A DNA stretch of 32,000 nt from the NCBI RefSeq assembly GCF_000009705.1, contig NC_003272.1, positions 5,970,001-6,002,000 on the forward strand, given 5' to 3'. Positions 10,750-19,461 of the stretch are shown piece by piece (the stretch's first letter is position 1; each line of letters opens with the position of its first letter). This DNA comes from Nostoc sp. PCC 7120 = FACHB-418. GTDB taxonomy: Bacteria; Cyanobacteriota; Cyanobacteriia; Cyanobacteriales; Nostocaceae. The notes under the pieces are model-generated. The model made no database searches. It was not told the origin of the DNA and was given only the letters and a program-made list of their open reading frames with translations. The translations under genes were made by a program, and so were the position numbers.

Positions 10750-11550
10750 TCAACTCAATAAAGCCTTATCCCACTCCAACTGATGAGCTAAACCATACTT
10801 AATAAAATCCTCTTCCTTCGCCTTATCACTCTTCCCAAAAACACCCAAACTATAAGGATTATCCCGCATCCGTTCAGCAACTTGTTCCTGTTCAAATGCA
10901 ATCACTTCCTCCCTAGACTTATCTGGTTTAAAAAAGTCCACAACCAAAACAGTCCTATCATAATTAGTGTAATTATGCGGACAATGAGGATAACTGTGAT
11001 CTAAAACCAGAAATTCCCCTTCATGCCAATAAAGCTGTTCATAGCATATCTTCATCGCCACATCACCCTCTGGGACAATTAACCCTAAATAACCACGATT
11101 CATGTGAGGGTTATAGTTAACATGAAGCTTAATATCTAATCCTGGGTGAAATGTACCAAAATACGCGTTTCTGATAATATTATCCTCAAGAAGATTCGCA
11201 TTTTCTATTACCTTAGCCAAATTAGGAAAATATTTATTTCTTAATTTCAATGATGTTTCTGAAGCTAATTCTGTCCCATAATCTGGATATTCTATTTGAT
11301 GCAACTGTATATATTCTTCAATAAATAAACCTTGGAATAAAATTCCAAAAGCACTATATTTTGAACTACCTTTAGTTTTTATCGTTTTACTTTTAGGCCC
11401 TAAAACATCATAAGTGAATTGCAACTCCTCAGGAGATGCCTGTTTCATGAAAGTGGTAAACTCATCTCTAATCACTTGCCAATTATCTTGAAAAGGTTTA
11501 AGAAAAGAGAATTCTTGGGGATTTAGATGATATTCATTAAAACTTGTCAT
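10750..11550 (-). CDS. Aspartyl/asparaginyl beta-hydroxylase-like 2OG/Fe(II) dioxygenase
   Basis: HPGLDIKLHVNYNPHMNRGYLGLIVPEG...WHEGEFLVLDHSYPHCPHN...RTVLVVDF resembles the Asp_Arg_Hydrox pattern as I recall it. Confidence 0.5.
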   Translation of the reverse strand: MTSFNEYHLNPQEFSFLKPFQDNWQVIRDEFTTFMKQASPEELQFTYDVLGPKSKTIKTKGSSKYSAFGILFQGLFIEEYIQLHQIEYPDYGTELASETSLKLRNKYFPNLAKVIENANLLEDNIIRNAYFGTFHPGLDIKLHVNYNPHMNRGYLGLIVPEGDVAMKICYEQLYWHEGEFLVLDHSYPHCPHNYTNYDRTVLVVDFFKPDKSREEVIAFEQEQVAERMRDNPYSLGVFGKSDKAKEEDFIKYGLAHQLEWDKALLS

Positions 11551-11662
11551 TGCTTTTTCTCCTAAAAATAATCAAAAACTGTTACATAGTTATGGGATTT
11601 GGTTAGTGTTCCGGTACGATGTGGAAATTCCTGACTAAACTGGCTGCTGTACTTATTTTAGT

Positions 11663-13153
11663 GTGAGGTCTACCGTGGCTGAACCTCCAGTATTAGATAA
11701 AATTATCAAAAATGTGCGGGTAGTTCGTCCCCATAATGATGCTGTTGAACTACTTGACATAGGCATTAAGGATGGGAAATTTGCTCAGATTGCTCCTAAT
11801 ATTACTCCAGACACAGGTCAAGAAATTTTTGATGCCAAAAACTTGTTAGGCTTTCCTGGGGTTGTAGATGCCCATATGCACATCGGTATCTATCAACCCC
11901 TCGATAAAGATGCGGTAACAGAAAGCAAAGCAGCCGCAATGGGAGGAGTAACAACCAGTCTCAACTATATTCGTACAGGACAGTATTATCTAAATAAAGG
12001 TGGTTCCTACCGAGATTTTTTTCCCGAAGTTTTGGCATTATCAGCAGGTAATTTTTTTGTAGATTATAGCTATCACGTTGCACCTATCGCTAGTCAGCAT
12101 ATCGACGAAATACCCTTACTTTTCGAGGAACATGGGGTAACTTCCTTTAAAATATTCATGTTTTATGGTGGTTATGGTTTGCATGGTTTATCAGACCAGC
12201 AAAACCTATTTTTGATGATAAATAAAGAGGAACGCTACGACTTTGCTCATTTTGAATTTATCATGCGTGGTGTAACTCGCTTGATGGCAGAATATCCAGA
12301 AGCGCGAGATTATATCAGCTTGAGTTTGCATTGCGAAGTTGCAGAAATTCTCAATGCTTATACCAAAATAGTAGAAAATGATTCTAGCCTAAGTGGACTG
12401 CACGCCTATAGTGCAGCACGTCCTCCCCATTCCGAAGGGTTAGCAATTTCCATCGCTGCTTATTTGGCACACGAAACTAACTGTGCAAACATCAATTTAT
12501 TACATTTGAGTTCACGTAAAGCAATGGAAGCAGCTTTGATTATGCAAACTGCTTTCCCTCATATCAACTTTCGGCGAGAAGTTACGGTTGGGCATTTATT
12601 ATTAGATGTTGATACACCCAATGGTACTTGGGCAAAGGTCAACCCGCCTATTCGTCCCCGCGCCGATGTGGAATATCTATGGCAAGCTGTACTTAATCAT
12701 CAAGTAGATTGGATAGTGAGTGACCATGCTTGCTGTTCTGCGGAACAAAAACGCAGTGCGAAAGACCCGAATAATATTTGGTTAGCTAAGTCTGGTTTTG
12801 GTGGGACGGAATATTTGCTTTCGGGTGTGGTGAGTGAAGGTAGCAAACGGGGAATGTCTTATAATCACATGGCTAAGTTGCTGTCTTGGAACCCATCGCG
12901 GCGTTTTGGATTGTTAACAAAGGGGGATATTGCTATTGGTTACGATGCTGATTTGGTGTTAGTAGACCCAAATGAAAGCTTTGTTGTACGTGCGGCTGAG
13001 TCGGAGTCACAACAGGGTTACACGCCTTTTGAGGGGATGGAGTTAACGGGACGGGTAAAGAGTACGTTTTTGCGGGGAAGTTTGATTTATCACAATGGAC
13101 AAGTTTTAGGTTCGCCGAATGGGCGTTATGTGCGGAGGAGTTTGGGGGGATAA
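11663..13153 (+). CDS. Cyclic amidohydrolase (dihydropyrimidinase/hydantoinase/allantoinase family)
   Basis: Has GVVDAHMHIG as the metal-binding HxH. Also has SFKIFMFY..., a VSDHACC region and the typical C-terminal barrel (DADLVLVDP...G.V..TFLRG). It starts at a GTG and the exact start is uncertain. Confidence 0.8.
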   Translation: MRSTVAEPPVLDKIIKNVRVVRPHNDAVELLDIGIKDGKFAQIAPNITPDTGQEIFDAKNLLGFPGVVDAHMHIGIYQPLDKDAVTESKAAAMGGVTTSLNYIRTGQYYLNKGGSYRDFFPEVLALSAGNFFVDYSYHVAPIASQHIDEIPLLFEEHGVTSFKIFMFYGGYGLHGLSDQQNLFLMINKEERYDFAHFEFIMRGVTRLMAEYPEARDYISLSLHCEVAEILNAYTKIVENDSSLSGLHAYSAARPPHSEGLAISIAAYLAHETNCANINLLHLSSRKAMEAALIMQTAFPHINFRREVTVGHLLLDVDTPNGTWAKVNPPIRPRADVEYLWQAVLNHQVDWIVSDHACCSAEQKRSAKDPNNIWLAKSGFGGTEYLLSGVVSEGSKRGMSYNHMAKLLSWNPSRRFGLLTKGDIAIGYDADLVLVDPNESFVVRAAESESQQGYTPFEGMELTGRVKSTFLRGSLIYHNGQVLGSPNGRYVRRSLGG

Positions 13154-13231
13154 GTTTCATGCAGAGGCACAGTTCGCTCTTAGCGTTTCCGCAGGGTGGC
13201 GCAGAGAGTTTTAAGGGGAGTTGGGTTGAGA

Positions 13232-14194
13232 TTAATTTCCATTTGCGTAAGATAAAACTGTACTTAATTTTGATAAGTCTCTGTCAACTCTGACAAAAAA
13301 TAAACCGCCATCATCTGATATGTGTCGGGGAAGAGTACTAAAACTGGGACAATACCAACAATGATTTTTTAAGAAGCGGTATTTTCCTACATCACAATAC
13401 CCAGCTAGACAATAACCTTCCTCATTGTATGCTTGAATCATTTGCTGCTGACCATCATAATGAGGTAAGATGGCAAGTAACCATACTCCACCGCCGTTAG
13501 CATCTTTTCTTAAATACTTCTTTTTTGCTACTTCAAATTGCACTGTATCTGTTTTCCCCCAGGGCAGCAATTTACTATCTAATACTGGGATAAATTCGTT
13601 TAATTTTGCTTCTGGATGATTATCTTGTAGATTTCTATAATTAGCTGCGCCGTCTTCCATCCAGAGAATTTCTACTTCTTCATCGCCTAAAACTTGCCAT
13701 TCACCTAATTTGACTCCGGCGGGAATAAAAGAATAGCAATGTTTAGTAAGTTGCCATTCACCGATTTTAATTTTACCTTTGAGGACAAAAAGCTCTAAAT
13801 CTGCTGTAAATATGCCTGATGGGGCTTGAAATTGTGTTGGTAAAATAACTTTTGATGTGGAAGCACCGCAATCGTGCCAAGTTAATAGTCTACGACTTCC
13901 AGCTACTACATTATTTGGCATTCCAGGTATTTGCCAATTCTGTTCTTCTGGGACTTTATTTGTGTCAAAGAATTGGTATTGACGAGGTAAATATTCTGGA
14001 GAAATGGCGGTACGTCTTCCTGATAAATTCATGCGTCCTCTACCATCTCCACCCCAATCTTCTTTAACACAAGGTATATTTAAAAGGTCTTCACTAGCCG
14101 ACTTAGATTGATTTTCCATATATTTTGATAGTGTAGAACTAAGTTTTTGTCTGTGCTTCATGTTGAGAAATAGATTATTCCATAACAGAGGCAC
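13232..14194 (-). CDS. Hypothetical protein, possibly cupin-fold
   Basis: A long ORF with beta-rich repeats (FVLKGKIKIGEWQL...IPAGVKLGEWQV). The start is uncertain, with ATGs at 14161 and 14119 also possible. The family call is tentative. Confidence 0.4.
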   Translation of the reverse strand: MPLLWNNLFLNMKHRQKLSSTLSKYMENQSKSASEDLLNIPCVKEDWGGDGRGRMNLSGRRTAISPEYLPRQYQFFDTNKVPEEQNWQIPGMPNNVVAGSRRLLTWHDCGASTSKVILPTQFQAPSGIFTADLELFVLKGKIKIGEWQLTKHCYSFIPAGVKLGEWQVLGDEEVEILWMEDGAANYRNLQDNHPEAKLNEFIPVLDSKLLPWGKTDTVQFEVAKKKYLRKDANGGGVWLLAILPHYDGQQQMIQAYNEEGYCLAGYCDVGKYRFLKNHCWYCPSFSTLPRHISDDGGLFFVRVDRDLSKLSTVLSYANGN

Positions 14195-14214
14195 AGAAAA
14201 GAGAAGATTTTTAA

Positions 14215-15603
14215 TTAGGTCAACCTACGTTTAATTTCTTCAGCTAAATCTGCTAAGGCGACTTCTACCTGTTCGCCTGATTGTAAATCTTTGAGGGATG
14301 ATTTTTGTGCTGCGGCTTCATCAGCACCGATGATGACACAAAATCTAATACCTTGTTTATCGGCTGCTTGAAATTGTTTACCTAACTGGCGTTTTTCAAA
14401 GTTTGTAATTACATTCAGCCCTGCTTGCCGTAACTGTTGCGATACTTTTAGATAAGTTGGCATTAGTTCATCCTGCATATTTACTACCACTACCTGGGCT
14501 GGTGTTGGTGGTAAAGTGTTAAGAATCCCTGCTTTCAGTAAGCGACTAATTAAGCGAGTTAAGCCGATAGAAATACCCACACCGGGCATTTTTTCACCGA
14601 TAAATGTACCAACTAATTCTTCGTATCTGCCACCTGAACAGATACTACCTAAAGCTTCATGGCCGATGAGAGTGGTTTCATAAACTGTGCCTGTATAGTA
14701 GTTTAGGCCACGAGCGATCGCCAAATCAATACAAAAGCGTTTGTCAGGCACTCCCAGGTTACGCACCCCTGTAATTACTGTTTCTAATTCGCTGACACCT
14801 AAATTAAATTGCTCTGATTCTGGCAGTGTTTGTGAAAGATGTTTGAGTTTATCTAATACATCGTCAACGCTACCATCAATTTTAACAAAATCTATAATTT
14901 TTTGTGTTTGCTCTGGGTTAATACCTTCTTTCTCTAACTCTAATTTAACTTTAGCTTCACCGATTTTTTCGAGATTATCGATAATGCTAATACAAGATTT
15001 AATTTGAGTTTCTGATATATTTAAAGATTGGAAAAATCCTGTTAAAACTTTCCGATTATTGATACGAATTACAAAATCACCAATATTAACTGCCTCAAAT
15101 ATTTCGGTGATAATTGCTGGCATTTGAGCATCATAAAGCAAACTGAGTTTTTCTCGTCCAACTACATCGATATCACACTGGCGAAATTGACGAAATCTCC
15201 CATCCTTAGCCCGTTCCCCGCGAAAAACCACGTCCATTTGATAACGAGCAAAAGGGAAAGTTAAATCATTTAAATGACGAGCAATATAAGCGGCTAAAGG
15301 CACAGTTTGGTCAAATTTTAAAGCTCTGGCTTCTGAACCCGTGTCTCCTGATTTATCTTTTTCTGCTTGGCGATTTGGTGGGAGAATTGGCTCAAGACCA
15401 TAAATAATATTGTCCCCTTGATTACCTTTGGCTTGTAGTACTTCCAAGCGTTCAACTGCGGGAGTTTCAATAGGTGTAAATCCATAGCTTTCATAAACTC
15501 TACGGATGGTATCTAGTAAATATAATTCTAAGCGCTTTTCGCTGGGCAGAAATTCGGGAAAGCCGCTAGGAGTTGAGAAGTTAATTTTGTCGTTTTTTGC
15601 CAT
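14215..15603 (-). CDS. hisS: Histidine--tRNA ligase
   Basis: Class II aaRS motifs are present (FRGERAKDGRFRQFRQCD, GGRYEEL) together with a C-terminal anticodon-binding domain. Confidence 0.95.
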   Translation of the reverse strand: MAKNDKINFSTPSGFPEFLPSEKRLELYLLDTIRRVYESYGFTPIETPAVERLEVLQAKGNQGDNIIYGLEPILPPNRQAEKDKSGDTGSEARALKFDQTVPLAAYIARHLNDLTFPFARYQMDVVFRGERAKDGRFRQFRQCDIDVVGREKLSLLYDAQMPAIITEIFEAVNIGDFVIRINNRKVLTGFFQSLNISETQIKSCISIIDNLEKIGEAKVKLELEKEGINPEQTQKIIDFVKIDGSVDDVLDKLKHLSQTLPESEQFNLGVSELETVITGVRNLGVPDKRFCIDLAIARGLNYYTGTVYETTLIGHEALGSICSGGRYEELVGTFIGEKMPGVGISIGLTRLISRLLKAGILNTLPPTPAQVVVVNMQDELMPTYLKVSQQLRQAGLNVITNFEKRQLGKQFQAADKQGIRFCVIIGADEAAAQKSSLKDLQSGEQVEVALADLAEEIKRRLT

Positions 15604-15727
15604 GCGTCTATTTTTGTGAAATTTAAACTTGATAGGGGCGCAAAAGTTTGCACCCCTACCATTTTATTTTTTCAGAAAGTTGTATTCCAATAGATAAAAG
15701 CATAACTTTCTGAAATATGGGGAATTA

Positions 15728-16171
15728 TTATTTTAGCCGTTCTTCTTGAATCAGAGTACGTTGATATATTTGATCATTTTTAAACCAGTGCCAAGTTCTA
15801 GCACGATGGTTATTATCAGGGCTGATTTGAATCATTTCATACAAATACATTCCTGGGGCTGTCTTATAGGAAAACCACAGGATAACCGTAGAGTCATCTA
15901 TTTCCCAAGCTTTACCTTGAATGCGATCGCTATCAAACCACAGTATCTTATCTTGATATGTCCCTGGAAAATTATGCACTTCTTCTTTTCCATCAGCCCA
16001 AGTATAGCGATTCACTTGGTAGTAGGGATAGGGGCCATCTTCGGGAAGTTGGCAACTTAAGTGCGATTGATGGTGGTCGAGGATTTTCCCTGAAGTATCA
16101 ATTAATGTATATGTACCCGTCCATTCACCTGCATGGCGGGCAAGTACGGGCATTTCTTCGCGGATGGACAT
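15728..16171 (-). CDS. Hypothetical protein (beta-barrel/DUF3598-like suspected)
   Basis: A 147-aa ORF with an ATG start. The GEWTGTYT... pattern is present. The family call is from memory only. Confidence 0.45.
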   Translation of the reverse strand: MSIREEMPVLARHAGEWTGTYTLIDTSGKILDHHQSHLSCQLPEDGPYPYYQVNRYTWADGKEEVHNFPGTYQDKILWFDSDRIQGKAWEIDDSTVILWFSYKTAPGMYLYEMIQISPDNNHRARTWHWFKNDQIYQRTLIQEERLK

Positions 16172-16361
16172 GGTTTGGGAGTAGGGGGGTATGGTTGTTT
16201 AACTTTTACATGAATCGGATAACTGTTCGACTTTGCAGCCTACCAAGCTATCCGACTCGGTTTGATATTCGGAGATTGTCATCAACCTCACTGGATTAAA
16301 CCTGGACTCTTATTTGGTACTCCCGATAAATTCCCATTTACCAGTTCTGACACAAAGAGTA

Positions 16362-16478
16362 CTGCCCCGCACAACCACAACCCGAAAACCTACGTTGTTG
16401 TTCCTGTTGTCACGCGCGTTCCTGTTGCGATTCGCCGAACGGCAATTCCTGGGATTGTTGTTCCACGAACCACCGCGC
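16362..16478 (-). repeat. DGR template repeat (TR)
   Basis: A non-coding copy of the 3' end of the 18219-19316 ORF, lying directly after the RT stop. In the target frame it reads [41 protein letters not shown] (AAC/AAT-rich). The last 23 nt (cgggttgtggttgtgcggggcag) are identical to the VR. Confidence 0.8.
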
Positions 16479-16505
16479 AGCAGTCGGTGTCGCCTAACCC
16501 ACTTT

Positions 16506-17726
16506 TTAAATTAACATGGCTAAGTCAAAAATTGAACTACTAAATATTCTCTGGCGCAATTGCCATGTGTCGCCGTGCTTTAAGTGGGCAACCCAACTTT
16601 GTGTTGATTGGGTTAAATGTTGAGCATCAATTTTACCTTCATCATAGTCTCGAAGCATTTGTCGTAATCTTTTTCTTCCTAAACGCAGATTATCACTGCG
16701 TACACGAATCTGGTTTGGTAAAATGCGAAACCCAACAAAATTCGCTCCATGTTTCGTTTCAAATAATTGGCTTTTTATTGGATGGATTTTTAGTCTTAAA
16801 CTCGTAAGATATTCTTCTATTATGACTCTAGCAGTTTCTAAAAATGCTTTGTCATCTGAAAATAAAGCAAAATCATCAACATAGCGAATATATTTAAATG
16901 CTTGAAGTTGTTCTTTGACAAAATGGTCAAAATTATTTAGGTAGACATTAGCAAAAAACTGACTCGTCAGATTGCCAATTGGTAAACCACATCTTCTTTC
17001 TAAAGGTGCTAACAGATTATCACCCGGAAAGTAGTTAATAACTGGTTCTTGGAAATTACTGTTATCAATAATTGTGTTAATTAGCCAGAGTGTATCAGGG
17101 CATTTTATTTTACGATATATAAGGTGTTTTAAAATTTTATGGTCAATACTGGGGAAATATTTACGAATATCAGCTTGGAAGACATAATGGCTAGAACGAG
17201 AAAATTGTGTAAAGCGACGCAAAGCACGATGAGAACCAAAACCCACCCGATTGGCGTAGGAGTCACTAATAAATGTGCGTTCAAATATGGGAACAATTAT
17301 GTTATAGAGGGCATGATGCACAACTCTATCACGATAGGGAGCAGCCGAAATCATACGCGGCTTGGGTTCATAAATTTGAAATGTTTTATATATTCCTGGC
17401 AAGTATGTTTTGCTTTGTAATTCTTCTTGTAGTTGAAATAATTCTGACTCTAAATTGTAATTAAACTCTAAAATATTTGGCTCTTCAGTTCATTTTATGG
17501 AACAGAATAATAAATAAAACCCAAAGATAGCCTGTATTCATTGCTGTGACTGGGTTTTAAGTTTTTGAGCCTTTCTATAAAACTGTGATTTTAATGCTCC
17601 ACCATAAAACCAACGCAAGAGCCAAATATTTTCTCGAAAGCGTTTACCTCGCTGTGCTTTCTTTGCTGCTAATAATAAGTTATCAAATGTTATAATTTCA
17701 CTCCAAAGATTGCCGTGTCTTTTCAT
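16506..17726 (-). pseudogene. DGR reverse transcriptase, interrupted by a MITE
   Basis: The N-terminal fragment is 17726-17538 ([34 protein letters not shown]...). The C-terminal fragment is 17471-16506 ([55 protein letters not shown]...[16 protein letters not shown]...[11 protein letters not shown]). Removing 153 nt restores one 355-codon ORF. Confidence 0.85.
17478..17624. mobile_element. Miniature inverted-repeat element (~147 bp) inserted in the RT gene
   Basis: The terminal inverted repeats are tggctcttcagttcatttta and taaaaccaacgcaagagcca. It is flanked by a direct AATATT at 17472-17477 and 17625-17630. It has no coding capacity and places in-frame stops in the RT. Confidence 0.7.
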
Positions 17727-17777
17727 CTATAGGACTCATATTTGATTTTTGAACAGATACGTAGTGGCGTGTCATTC

Positions 17778-18122
17778 TTATACATCTCTATTTTTTTGTT
17801 GTTTTATCCAGCCACCTAAATCCATGCCAATCTCATTTAACAGCTTTTGGGCATACTCATAACGTTCTGTTTTGATTAAGTTAAAATCTAGGAGTAGGCG
17901 AGTTTGATAACGTAAGATATCTAACTTACTATTTAAGGACTCTAAATAAATTAATTTCTGTTTAGCGTACCGTGCTAGGATTATAGCATCTAGTAAATTG
18001 TATAATTCTGTAATAATCCGATCGCCTAGTAATAACTTATGATCTCTGGGGAGGCGATTTAAAATTGGTACGTACCACTTGATTAAATCCTATGTTTTTT
18101 GTATTATAAGTAAATCACTCAT
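17778..18122 (-). pseudogene. avd: DGR accessory variability determinant (avd) with an in-frame amber codon
   Basis: The hand translation is MSDLLIIQKT*DLIKWYVPILNRLPRDHKLLLGDRIITELYNLLDAIILARYAKQKLIYLESLNSKLDILRYQTRLLLDFNLIKTERYEYAQKLLNEIGMDLGGWIKQQKNRDV. The TAG is at 18090-18092. The gene sits between the target and the RT as in canonical DGRs. Confidence 0.75.
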
Positions 18123-18218
18123 CCAAGAAATCTCAAAAAATTTGAGCGCGCAGAGCGCGAAACCTTAAGAATGGTAAAGAAAAAAGTGCAGAGTGCTAAA
18201 GGGCAAGAGAGTAAAGTG

Positions 18219-19316
18219 CTAAGAAAGCCTGCCCCGCACAACCACAACCCGACAACCCACGCGCTCGTTCCTGTCGTCGCGCGTGTTACTGAGGCGACTC
18301 AACGAACGGCAACCCCTGGGATAGTAGTTCCACGAACCACCACGCAGCAGACGTCGCTGATTATCATTATTAATTAGCCATGCACTACCATCAGTTGGTG
18401 CATTATTATAATTTTCCTGCCACTCATCCTGACACCATTCCCATATATTACCACACATATCAAATAAACCAAAGGGGTTAGCAGGAAATTCTCCCACATT
18501 GGTTGTTTGTCCTCGATATTCACCCCTGGGAGAAGAACCATAGGTGTGATTTCCGTCATAATTCGCCAACTCAGTTGTAATCGTTGCGCCACAATAAAAC
18601 GGTGTAGTCGTTCCCCCGCGACAAGCATATTCCCATTCGGCTTCACTGGGTAAGCGATATATCTGACCAGTCTTTTTAGATAGTCTGGTGCAAAATTCAA
18701 CCGCATCATCCCAGGAAATACGCTCAACGGGACGATTAGCACCTTTAAAGCGAGATGGGTCAGATTTTAAATCAATATTTACTTTATCAAAAGCGGCAAC
18801 GGCTGCCCATTGAGCTTGGGTTACGGGAAATTTCCCCATGAAAAAGGGTTGAATGGTGACGTTGTGCTGTGGACTTTCAGAATCATCTCGTCCTTCTTCA
18901 TTGTCTGGCGAACCCATGAGGAATTTACCGCCGGGAATGGACACCATCTCTAGCGTTACACCATTACCCAAGTCTTCTGCAAAAAATTCTGCACTTCCCT
19001 GACTGCGCTCAATAATTTTTCCTTGAGCGTCCACATTCACAGTTTCAAACTCAAATTTCTTGGCTTTAAGGGGTTCTTCAGATACAGGCGGTTTCTGTTT
19101 ACCAAGAATCCGTTCTTCTATAGGTGCAACATCTTCATCTCGCAGACTTAAGATATTTTGCAAGCGTTTGAGAGCCTTGCGCCTTGCTTGGGAAAGAGGA
19201 TATTGTTTTATCTTAGACAACTCTTGCTCATAAAGTTGCAGTTTTTCTTGGCGTTTTCTATGAGGTTCGAGAACTTCAAATTCAATTAAATTAGTATCAT
19301 CAATAGATAAATTCAA
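18219..19316 (-). CDS. DGR target protein, FGE-sulfatase / C-type-lectin fold; likely the 3' part of a longer caspase fusion ORF
   Basis: Has FGE-type motifs (HNVTIQPFFMGKFPVTQAQW, RPVERISWDDAVEFC, YRLPSEAEWEYACRGG, MCGNIWEWCQD, LRGGSW). The track start is a TTG. The same frame stays open, with no start codon, up to 19466. Confidence 0.8.
   Translation of the reverse strand: MNLSIDDTNLIEFEVLEPHRKRQEKLQLYEQELSKIKQYPLSQARRKALKRLQNILSLRDEDVAPIEERILGKQKPPVSEEPLKAKKFEFETVNVDAQGKIIERSQGSAEFFAEDLGNGVTLEMVSIPGGKFLMGSPDNEEGRDDSESPQHNVTIQPFFMGKFPVTQAQWAAVAAFDKVNIDLKSDPSRFKGANRPVERISWDDAVEFCTRLSKKTGQIYRLPSEAEWEYACRGGTTTPFYCGATITTELANYDGNHTYGSSPRGEYRGQTTNVGEFPANPFGLFDMCGNIWEWCQDEWQENYNNAPTDGSAWLINNDNQRRLLRGGSWNYYPRGCRSLSRLSNTRDDRNERVGCRVVVVRGRLS
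18229..18345 (-). repeat. DGR variable repeat (VR) at the 3' end of the target gene
   Basis: A 117-nt match to 16362-16478. It encodes [41 protein letters not shown]. Confidence 0.8.
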
Positions 19317-19461
19317 TATACGCCTAAATTCAAATAGATAAGGGCGGTTAGCTTCAATAATTTCTTCAATTTCTCCTTCATCACCAAAAACAATTGTCTC
19401 AAATTCCTTGCGATACTTCAGTTTGGGGTCATCCTTCGGTGATTTTGCAAGAAGAATTGGC

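Noticed and set aside
13162-14196. The 11-mer cagaggcacag occurs on both sides of the cupin-like gene (13162-13172 and 14186-14196).
   Set aside because: An 11-nt exact repeat is expected many times by chance in a 32-kb window.
15633-15714. Two intergenic hairpins: taggggcgcaaa-agt-ttgcaccccta followed by a T-run, and the 11-bp inverted repeat ttcagaaagtt...aactttctgaa.
   Set aside because: The T-run follows the first hairpin on the plus strand, where there is no upstream plus-strand gene. On the minus strand neither hairpin is followed by a U-tract. I left them uncalled as terminators.
16262-16543. Plus-strand ORFs of 93 aa and 66 aa (16262-16543, 16314-16514) and the similar 68-aa ORF at 18171-18377. 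They share peptides like APHNHNP.T..VVPVV.RV...[12 protein letters not shown].
   Set aside because: They are antisense readings of the DGR TR and VR. Their mutual similarity simply reflects the TR/VR repeat. The coding sense is the minus strand, where the VR continues the FGE/CLec ORF.
17538-17726. A 62-aa ORF that could be annotated as a stand-alone small gene.
   Set aside because: Its first 34 residues are the conserved N-terminus of the DGR RT. The remainder ([14 protein letters not shown]...) is read-through into the MITE.
18147-18159. A CGCGC-AGA-GCGCG mini-hairpin between the VR and avd, considered as the DGR homing-enhancing hairpin or cruciform.
   Set aside because: It has only a 5-bp stem and lies ~70 nt from the VR end. 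It is too small and too distant to call without comparative support, and no equivalent is evident downstream of the TR.
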